A stretch of DNA of 64,000 nt, taken from contig JAKMXF010000319.1 in NCBI GenBank assembly GCA_024704765.1, positions 62,001 through 126,000 of the forward strand, read 5' to 3'. A program made the position numbers and the translations under genes. The notes under the pieces were generated by a model. The model saw only the letters and a list, made by a program, of their open reading frames with translations, was not told where the DNA came from and did no database searches. The stretch's first letter is position 1; the number at the start of each line of letters is the position of its first letter. Below, one piece after another: positions 12,001-21,113 of the stretch. This DNA is from Oopsacas minuta. Lineage: Eukaryota > Animalia > Porifera.

Positions 12001-13997
12001 ATTTTATGACGTCATCATAAAGTGGTCAATGAATGTATTACAAAATATTTACCGAGTGGACGATCTAGCAAGCCAAGCGCTCAAGTACTAAAACAATTCT
12101 CTCTCATCAACTCGAAGAACGGGAAGTATCAAATAACACTGACAATAGCGATTGTATTGACATCTAATGAACACTATGCTTCAATTTACCTGACCAGGCC
12201 AACTGGTTACCCACTCATTACGTGGAGTTTTGTTGTAGCTTTCCAACGCATGTTTGATATTTTCCCTAATTGATAACTTCATAACTCTTTCCAACTCTTT
12301 CATCCAAACTTCCACGCCGCCTTTGGGGTAGAAAGCTTCACAAAGAGGAACCTTTTCCCCTTCCTTCGACCACATTTCAGTGATACGGAAATCCTTTTGA
12401 TACGTAACTTTAGCAATATCGAACATTTTACTGAGTTGTACAGAGACAGGGGAATTTGTCTTAGAGAGGATATGAAGAAGATCATCATTTGATAAGAAGT
12501 AGAATCTAGGAAATGCTCGTCTCTTGGTCTCTAAGTATTCGTTTAGACCTTTTTCTATCTACAGCAAACGATAATAAATAATAAAGTAATCTCCTCTACC
12601 TCTACTGCGAGGCTACATATGTGTCCCGATTTCGCGGAGTTGACTGTATACGAGAACCATTTTACAGGGAATTGTTCTTTTATTCGATAGCTCTTATAAC
12701 CGGTGTTCGTGTCGTTATATAAGCGATACACACTGTAGAACAGAAATATACAACTCACTTGTTCTAGAAGTGTAATACATTCCTTCAAACTATCAAGCAG
12801 TTTATAATCAGGACACAACTGTATGATTTTGGGATTAGCTTTAGCAGATTTCATTATTGCATTCCAAATACGCTCGGTATCCTTGTACTGTTTTGTCTCC
12901 AATGGTAATTGTTTCTTGATGTCATCTGAGGTGAATATAGGTTCAAGATAGAGACATTTTCTCTGGCACAATTGCCAGTTCTCTATAACTTCTTGTAGAA
13001 GAGACAGTTTCTTTTCCCAGTTAGTTATTCGGGACTGGAACATCTCGCTGTAAGGAGAGGAGGACATTGATTGGAGCATAGCAATGTTATCTTGTAAGAG
13101 TTGTACAACATTTTCTCCAGGAATGAGCAAGACAGTATCTATAGAAGAATAGAAGAGTAAAGATCTAACATACAATAGAATCCGCAGACCCGATTAACGG
13201 TGGCTCTATTAAGCAGAGTATAATGTTAGTATTTGCCAAGTAAGTAATCAGATGACGTCATTCTTCTATTGAGATGCAGTGCAACCTCGTATCGGAAAAA
13301 TAAGTAAATTATCGAAAATTTTATTGGGAAAATAACGAAAATTCGGTCCACTAACGGAAATATGGAAAAAATATCGAAAATTTAATAGCGGAAATCAACA
13401 TTGAAAATTTCGATATTTTTCATTTCCGACACCGGTGTATAGTAAGATACGGGTATTTACCTGTGTTTTTGTGTTTGATAGTCTCAAAAAGCTTCAGCTT
13501 CCATTCCTGCTCCATCATATCTAATGCATGTTCTATTGAGAACTGCTTTGATGACATATCTGCAATTTGTGGATCAGATTAGTATAGCTAATATGTATTT
13601 TAGAAATAATGTTAAAACATAGATTCGTCAATTCAAATAGATCTCAATGTATGTACAAATCGGATTTCCCATAGAGTTATTGTTGTTTCTGAGATCCAAG
13701 CAAATTCTAAGGTTAGGACGAGCTGTGCAATTAGGATAATGGTATTATGAAACTAGGAAATGTGTTTTAACTTAGGAAGTCGATCAACAAACAAAGAAAT
13801 TCACCATGTAGCCTGTGTATAGTTCGTCCCCATTATCCTTAATATATATATTCAATGAACGAGGCATGCGCCTAATGTTAAATAAATATTACACGCTTTT
13901 TAGTAGTAGGTAAGAATTCTAAAATTAGGCTTTTTGAAATTATTATTACATTATTAAAGAACTCACACTTGAGACTGCTCCTGGGGTGTCTTGACAT
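1..13997 (-). CDS. DNAH1: Axonemal dynein heavy chain, DNAH1-like (linker, AAA1-AAA6), stalk/MTBD-less and apparently tail-less; 3' end beyond window start
   Basis: Hand-built exons (minus): 13967-13997 and 13657-13722 (both tentative), 13461-13559, 12759-13138, 12190-12558, 11515-11888, 10643-10945, 9790-10045, 9155-9592, 8387-8535, 7729-8165, 7288-7598, 6568-6853, 5522-6160, 4041-5188, 3708-3948, 3322-3486, 2679-3022, 2036-2295, 1503-1695, 1000-1222, 480-778, 1-101. All have GT-AG boundaries with compatible phases and no internal stop, giving about 2370 aa in the window. Motifs: [91 protein letters not shown]. Closest recalled match is DNAH1. Confidence 0.9.
156..465. mobile_element. AT-rich MITE family with internal ATATCGAAA repeats (intronic copy)
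   Basis: Degenerate ATATCGAAA/TTTCGATAT repeats with a CAAGGTTT(G/C)-type terminus (GAAACCTTG at 457-465). Related copies at ~1740-1870, 2330-2617, 3498-3711, 6181-6544 and 13290-13435, all in dynein introns. Confidence 0.55.
3108..3267. mobile_element. hAT-Charlie-like MITE (CAGCGGTTCCCAA ends)
   Basis: Starts CAGCGGTTCCCAA and has a degenerate inverted end. Related copies at ~14745-14850, 26090-26262, 51389-51580, 53328-53479, 57820-57889 and 59546-59680 share GGTTCCCAACC / GGTTGGGAAC ends and GGTCCA(T/C) motifs. Confidence 0.55.
3498..3711. mobile_element. ATATCGAAA-family element occupying almost all of a dynein intron
   Basis: Flanked by the direct repeat AAGAGAG (3491-3497 and 3712-3718). 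The right terminus CAAACCTTG overlaps the splice donor. Confidence 0.6.
5261..5497. mobile_element. TA-target MITE with ~45-bp TIRs (Tc1/mariner/pogo-type)
   Basis: TIR CCGTAAACTGGGGCTACTTTGGCCCACTGGGTTTGCTTTAGCCCAA with a near-perfect inverted copy at the right end and TA on both flanks. A second copy lies in opposite orientation at 55583-56070. Confidence 0.85.
8559..8940 (+). mobile_element. Non-autonomous Helitron/Helentron-like element
   Basis: The 5' block TGTTTGTATGTCCAGAATT-G-TTGAAGAAACTGGAAGACC is shared with ~10289-10400, with partial similarity at ~6990-7030. The 3' GGCACGAAGTGCC GAA-loop hairpin and the CTAGCAAGCGAAGCACGCTAGT-type end recur at ~3990, 7160, 9075, 10580-10640, 12063 and (reverse) 61105. 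Confidence 0.45.
10083..10262. mobile_element. TA-target pogo/Tigger-like MITE
   Basis: TIR CAGTAGAGTCTCC matches 12/13 and TA lies on both flanks. The internal GACAATCCCTCTACAACGGACAAACCTCCTGGAA is repeated at ~46667, and the other end matches ~46535-46590. Confidence 0.7.
11165..11488. mobile_element. MITE with CAGAGCATTAA termini (hAT-like)
   Basis: TIR CAGAG(C/T)ATTAA with internal GGAGCG/CGCTCC repeats. A clearly homologous copy lies at 44179-44530. Confidence 0.7.
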
Positions 13998-14980
13998 GCG
14001 ATATCTCGTTGATGAGTTGGATATTTTTTCAGATTGGATAGAAATATTGCTTTTACTTATCGTAGTATTTTGAAGTTTTCACACTTATGTATGGTTGCAT
14101 TTCATAAAACCCAACTGCATTTGACATGTGTGACACTTTTGCAATACAAAAGAATGGGGCAATAGCGTTGGGCGACCCATTTGCAGCTCTGAGGCTATAT
14201 GTGCATCCGTCAACTACAATTAATTTTTCCGAAAAATGCAAACTTTTGTGTTAGAACGAGTTCTAAAATTCGTTTAGATTTGAGGAAATAGACACGAAAA
14301 TATTGCAAAACCCTGAATATTGTTATCTAATGCGTGAACTGACATTCTTAAGTTTACCATTCATATAACTACAAAACGTACACATGAACAAGAAAAATAT
14401 CTCAAAATCCTAAAGGAAACCTGTAAACTATGAACATATGTATTTTCTTACTGAATCTGATTATCCATTATAATCTAATAGTAGACGTATAGCCATAGGA
14501 AATATGTGAAAATGTTGGTGGTAGAAAATGTAATGATTCTAAGTTCTTCCAACAATGAAAATAATTATGACGTAATCTCAATATAGTGTAACCTCACAAG
14601 GGACACTGTAAAATGCTACACCGTTTCCCAGTTTCTACCCAATTCCAAGTTTGTTGTTGAAGTTCATTAGTATGTGAATAGGAATTCACTCTATATATTT
14701 TGTGATATTGTCATTTCAATTGTTCCCTCCATCTCCTAAAACAATTGTTCCCAAACAGGGTCCATGGATCCCTTTTGATGGTCCACATAGGACAGCAAGG
14801 AGTCCACAGAATGTGTTAAAATTGGTATAATGGGTTCACAAGTAAAAATGTTGGATTTTAGTTGTAGATCCAATCTTAAAATTCACTTTCAAATAAACTG
14901 AAAAATGACAAAATTAATAGAAGAAATGTATATTCTGAGCATTGAATTGGATTAGAAAACTGACTTTACTTAAAATATAC

Positions 14981-16012
14981 TTAAAGACTAGAAATTTCAA
15001 CATTTGGATCATTGGAATATTGTTTATCTCTCTGTCTTGCTTCTACCAAAGCTCTTAAAGTATTGGATAGTTTCGTTTCACCATTATTGAAAATTTCAAT
15101 TGGAACCCATTTTACTCTAAGAGAGTTTAAATGCGGTTTTTCACCGCGAACTATGACAGAAATATCCTCTTTATTAATGGGCTTTTTATTCGAAATTATT
15201 TTTTGCTTTTCTTTGGGTATCTTTTGCAAGCCATTCTCTACCAAGTTACCTTTTTTACTAATCTTTCTTTTGGAAATAACGTAAGAATACATTCCAGCGA
15301 ATATTATAAGAACACTAGTTATGACAACCAAGATGAGTAGTACAGCACCGACTACAATCAAGATAGTCATAGTTATATTTAACTGATGATTAGGTAATAC
15401 ATGTGTTGTAAGTGTTGTAGAATTGGTTGCAGTAGCTTTGAATGTAGTAAAAGTAGTTGTAGTGGTAGTGAAAGTAGAAGTAGTGGTAGTGAAAGTAGAA
15501 GTATTCGTAGGTTCGGTTGTAGCATCAGTGTTGCAACCTAGATTTTCTTGTGTAGAATCATTTAACACACTCTGGGCACATATTTGCTGTAATTCACAGG
15601 TGTCGGAAGCTGCTTGTGCTATCATATAAAACCCAAATTGCAGACATGTATTGTTAACAGGAGAAATGAAATAGTAAGATCTGCCGAATGAATAAACTCC
15701 CGTTGATAATTGAAATTGACTTGCCTGCGAGAGAGCCATTGAACTAGTAGGATTCATAAAATTGCAATTTCGCATATCTTCTTCAGTAGATACGCTATAT
15801 AATACGTCGATAATCGCCGGGGGTTTCTGTATTAGTCGTATTATACTCGACTGTCTGATATTACAAAGATCATTATTTGGTGGTAAAATTCTTGAATTCA
15901 GACTATCTTTAAAAACACAAAAATCTGGTTGCCATATAACTTCATACTCACAAGATTGGTAAGTGGCAACAATAAAGCACATGAGGAATGTTAAACTGAG
16001 GAAATACCACAT
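14981..16012 (-). CDS. Ephrin-like (cupredoxin-fold) type I membrane protein
   Basis: 343-aa single-exon ORF with a signal peptide, ephrin-like motifs (EVIWQP; LYSVSTEEDMRNC; FGRSYYFISPVNNTCL), a Thr-rich stalk, a TM helix (ITMTILIVVGAVLLILVVITSVLIIFAG), and a basic tail ending ISSL. Confidence 0.6.
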   Translation of the reverse strand: MWYFLSLTFLMCFIVATYQSCEYEVIWQPDFCVFKDSLNSRILPPNNDLCNIRQSSIIRLIQKPPAIIDVLYSVSTEEDMRNCNFMNPTSSMALSQASQFQLSTGVYSFGRSYYFISPVNNTCLQFGFYMIAQAASDTCELQQICAQSVLNDSTQENLGCNTDATTEPTNTSTFTTTTSTFTTTTTTFTTFKATATNSTTLTTHVLPNHQLNITMTILIVVGAVLLILVVITSVLIIFAGMYSYVISKRKISKKGNLVENGLQKIPKEKQKIISNKKPINKEDISVIVRGEKPHLNSLRVKWVPIEIFNNGETKLSNTLRALVEARQRDKQYSNDPNVEISSL

Positions 16013-16755
16013 TTTATCAGTGAAAATTTAACAGAAAATATTGGGAAAATTCAGTTTAGAGTGCATAATATGAAGAATTGTAAATATCCCAAAGAGGCAA
16101 TACAATGAATATATATCTATACATTCTATCTGTGATTTAAATACCTATTCATTGGAACAATAATTGCTTTCCAGGTGTATATGGATAATAGAAGATATTT
16201 AGTGGAAATATTCGTGCGCATAATCAGTGATTTAATATTAACCGTAATAACTTGAATTAAAATCATAATCACACACACATTTTAGGATAAAAGCAGATTA
16301 ATCATTGTTTACTATTCATAAACTGTATATAGTGTTTGTCCATTGTAGATTGTTTATCCTTCGAGTTTATATCAAGGAGCCATAATTTTGGAATTTAATC
16401 GCTCCCCAAGTTGATAACACCGAAATAAGTAAAACACATCGTCTGTAAATTTTCAGCTGCGGTAATGCTGTGTGGGACAAATCACAAACATGGTACTGTG
16501 CATTAATTGGAGGCACTAAGCTACGCATTGATGTAAATTATACATTTCATAGTGCCGCCATCTAATAGTGTTACTTTAATTATTATATGCAATAAGCTTC
16601 TAATACACATCAACAATGTTTGCTCAATTCATAGAAAAGTAGTCGGCACAGTAATTAGATATGTTAACCATAAGAATATCATCAGATACACTATATAATC
16701 ATAATATTCACAATATTAAGACTTTGAATATTTAATGTTAAATAATCTTAAATGA

Positions 16756-18127
16756 ATGGCTACAATTCAAACAGAACCAGATTCACCAGATAATCTATTA
16801 TACATACAGATTGATGGGTACAGAGGTTACAAGCAAGATATTCTAACACTAAAACTATCTAAACTAGAAAACAAATTTCTTATTTGCACTGAATGTCATG
16901 GAATAGCCAGAGAAGCCGTGTTATGTGAAGGTAAAACTATCTGCACATTATGTACAGCAGGGAAACCGCATGAACCGAATGATGACGTCAGGGAGTCAGT
17001 TAACGAACTGAATGTCATCTGTCCATTGAATTATCGGAGTTGTGAATGGAAGGGAGAATTACGACACGTGGACCAACACCTTCTACAATGTGATCACCTC
17101 TTAATACTCTGTAATCAGGAATGTAGCACTATGCTAACTCAATACGATTTGACAGAGCACATTACAAACAGTTGTCCTATGAGGAATATACCATGTGAGT
17201 TCTGTGAGGATATCTGTTTAGCTAAGAATATGAATGACCATTTAATAGAATGTCCAGCATATATATTGGATTGTCCACAAGGATGTATGGAGAGAGTGAG
17301 AAGAGATAACATGAATGAACACACAGAAATACACTGCGAAATGAAGAAGGAACCTTGTCCATATTATGAATTTGGGTGCAAGACAAACTCTTTAACTAAA
17401 AGAGATGTACAAACACATCAACAAGAATATGTTGTGTCTCATCAGCAATGTTTGTATCAAAAATAACAAACAGCTGAAGATCGAAACAGCTGGGATTAAT
17501 GGGAGAGCGGATCATTTAGAGAAAGTATACAATGAACAGAAGGAAAGAATTGTCAATCTTGAGAAAGAAATCACGAAACACAACAAGGATGTTAACAAAC
17601 TGAAAACTGGATTAGAAAACCAAGAAAAATTGAACAAAGATTTACAAATTTTTGTAGAAAAGCAAAATGTTGAAATTAGATATATAAGAACAATTATGAA
17701 ACTACAGATTAATCAAGAGTTAACATCGGAAAATATAGAATTCTTCGATAAATTTGACTGGGATATAACTCATTTTTGGGATCGTATCATTACAGATCAA
17801 AAGATCGAAAGTCCTATATTCCAATTATACAATCATAATCTACAGAGTCAAGCCACATTTAAGAATCGCGGTTTTTCCAATGAATTACACATAAGTATAA
17901 GGTGTTTGGCATATAAAGCTATTCCACAGAAAAATCAATTCTGTTATTATATAGTTCAACTTATCAACAGAATTGAGGAAAATAAGTTAATTGTACAGAA
18001 AGGAAAAATAGATAGAGTCATTACAGGGGATTACACACTTATTACAATTGTGAGGACATATCGTTTTCATCTCTTCATTCAAAACGATCCTTACTTAATT
18101 CGAATACAATTAATACCAACACTATAA
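16756..18127 (+). pseudogene. TRAF-like gene, copy 1 (degenerate RING, TRAF zinc fingers, coiled coil, MATH-like domain), frameshifted
   Basis: ORFs 16756-17466 and 17405-18127. A net 11-nt deletion near 17460 relative to copy 2 shifts the frame. C-x2-C / CPLNYRSCEWKGEL / CPYYEFGC fingers are present, and the C-terminus FIQNDPYLIRIQL is MATH-like. Confidence 0.75.
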
Positions 18128-18612
18128 ACATTAGTGTATTGATATATTTGTATTATAACATTTTTCCCCTGCTTACTAATATTATTATTATATTTGTGTT
18201 AATTGAGTAATGCTTTATAACATGACAGATATTAGTATATTTTGCTGATATTTCATAATTATAAATTGTATTAGAATATAACTACATATAACCAGATGTA
18301 TAGCTAAATTCCTGTGGGGAACAACTAACAATGAGGGGGTAAGGGAGATAATGTGAGGAAATCAGGCAAATATCCTATACGATATAGATCTTGGGTACCT
18401 GGGGCGGTCTGGGCCCCCGAGCTCTAGTGGTGAAGACCGTATTTTTGGAACGTTTACATAGAGGTTGCAGCCAATTTCCTTGGTGGACCCACTGGTAGGT
18501 CTGATTAGTCTCCTAAAACATGGCGATAATTTCTGGACGAACCCATTTTTCATATAAAAACCATAAACACATACTCATACATTGAGAAGTTATGTAATGT
18601 AAGAGTACACAG

Positions 18613-18982
18613 CTATTCAATATAAGAATTCTGTATAACATTATCAGTCCTATCACATATAATTTTACAAGCTTCTAGTAGACTTTGTAAAAACTTATGA
18701 CCAATTTCGCGAAAATCCTCCAGGGTGATTTGAAAGTCCTTCTTCTCTCCCTGGTTAAAACCGCAGTACGTCAATTCTAGAGTGTAAGAACAAGGAATAT
18801 CCAAGTTTGTACCAACAACTACACGTCCTCAGTGTAATTTGGATTTTTCAATCGTATTTGAACAGCTTTGCAGATCAAAACCGGCATAATTCTCCACGAA
18901 AATGCTCGGTAAAATCTCTTCAATTTTACTATGAGAATTACACCCATACATAAATAGATTTTTCTTCAAAGAATGGCCATGA
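18613..18982 (-). pseudogene. Promoterless duplicate of the CCP1-like 3' end
   Basis: About 9 differences in 370 nt (manual count) versus 21114-21483. It begins at the duplication junction and also carries the in-frame TGA (18829-18831). Confidence 0.85.
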
Positions 18983-19287
18983 GCTGCGGTAATGCTGTGT
19001 GGGAAATGTCAAATCACAAACATGGTACTGTGCATTAATTGGAGGCACTAAGCTACGTATTGATGTAAATTATACATTTCATAGTGCCGCCATCTAATAG
19101 TGTTACTTTAATTATTATATGCAATAAGCTTCTAATACACATCAACAATGCTTGCTCAATTCATAGAAAAGTAGTCGGCACAGTAATTAGATATGTTAAC
19201 CATAAGAATATCATCAGATACACTATATAATCATAATATTCACAATATTAAGACTTTGAATATTTAATGTTAAATTAGCTTAAATGA

Positions 19288-20688
19288 ATGGCTACAATAC
19301 AAACAGAACCAGATTCACCAGATAATCTATTATACATACAGATTGATGGGTACAGAGGTTACAAGCAAGATATTCTAACACTAAAACTATCTAAACTAGA
19401 AAACAAATTTCTTATTTGCACTGAATGTCATGGAATAGCTAAAGAAGCTGTCTTTTGTGAAGGTAAAACTATCTGCACATTGTGTACAGCAGGGAAACCG
19501 CATGAACCTAATGATGACGTCAGAGAGTCAGTTAATGGACTGAATGTCATCTGTCCATTGAATTATCGGAGTTGTGAATGTACAGGAGAATTACGACACG
19601 TGGACCAACACATTCTAGCAATGTGATCACCTCTTAGACATACTACTGAGTTGTAATCAGGAAAATACACTATAACTCAATTTCATTTGATACAAACAGT
19701 TGTCCGAGGAGTTCTGTAGGATGTTAGCCAAGAATGTGAATAAGCAGTTAACAAAACAGCATATATATTGGATTGTCCACAAGGGTGTATGGAGAGAGTG
19801 ACAAGGGATAAAATGAATGAACACACAGAAATACACTGCGAAATGAAGAAAGAACCTTGTCCATATTATGAATTTGGGTGCAAGACGAACTCTATAACTA
19901 AAAGAGATGTACAAACACATCAACAAGAATATGTTGTGTCACATCAGCAATGTTTGTATCAACAAATGAAACTATCGAATAAACAGCTGAATATCGAAAC
20001 GGCTGGGATTAATGAGAGAGCGGATCATTTAAAGAAAATGTGCGATGAACAGAAGGAACAAATTCTCAATCTTGAGAAAGAAATCACGAAAAACAACGAA
20101 GATGTTAACAAACTGAAAACTCAACTGGAAAACCAAGAAAAATTGAACAAAGATTTACAAATTTTTGTAGAAAAGCAAAATGTTGAAATTAGATATATAA
20201 GAACAATTATGAAAATACAAATGAATCAAGAGTTAATATCGGAAAATATAGAATTCTTCGATAAATTTGACTGGGAAATAATTCATTGTTCAAATTCTTT
20301 CGATGAAGATCGGAAGATGGAAAGTCCTATATTCCAATTATACAATCATAATCTACAGAGTCAAGCCACATTTAAGAATCGCGTTTTTTCCAAGAAAATA
20401 CAGATAAGTATAAAGTGTTTGATAGATAAAACTATTCCACACAAAAATCAATTCTGTTATTATAAAGTTCAACTTATCAACAGAATTAAGGGAAATGAGT
20501 CAATTGTAGAGAAAGGAAAATTAGATAGAGTCATTACAGGGGATTACACACTGATTACAATTGTGAGGACATATCTATCATCTCTTCATTCAAGACGATC
20601 CTTACTTAATTCGAATACAATTAATACCAACACTATAAACATTAGTATATTGATATATTTGTATTATAACATTTTCCCTGCTTACTAA
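19288..20688 (+). pseudogene. TRAF-like gene, copy 2, frameshifted
   Basis: A 1-nt insertion near 19617, several indels at 19630-19770, and a 2-nt deletion near 20575 relative to copy 1. The finger-to-coiled-coil junction that is broken in copy 1 is intact here. Confidence 0.8.
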
Positions 20689-21113
20689 TATTATTAGTAT
20701 ATTAATTGCAAAATTCTTTATAACATGACAGATATTAGTATATTGAATGATATTTCATAATTATAAATTGTATTAGAATATAACTACATATAACCAGATG
20801 TATAGCTAAATTCCTGTGGGGAACAACTAACAATGAGGGGGTAGGGGAAATAATGTGAGGAAATCAGGCAAATATCCTATACGATATAGATCTTGGGTAC
20901 CTGGGGCGGTCTGGGCCACCGAGCTTTAGTGGTGAAGACCGTATTTTGGAACGTTTACATAGAGGTTGCAGCCAATTTCCTTGGTGGACCCACTGGTAGG
21001 TCTGATTAGTCTCCTAAAACATGGCGATAATTTCTGGACGAACCCATTTTTCATATAAAAACCATAAACACATACTCATACATTGAGAAGTTATGTAATG
21101 TAAGAGTACACAG

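Noticed and set aside
267-13175. Short plus-strand ORFs and the non-homologous ends of minus-strand ORFs in the dynein region
   Set aside because: They are antisense shadows of exons or read-through into introns and MITEs, with no independent motifs.
20700-21113. SECIS element downstream of the CCP TGA
   Set aside because: ATGA...AA...GA candidates lack correct spacing or convincing stems by eye. A covariance-model search is needed.
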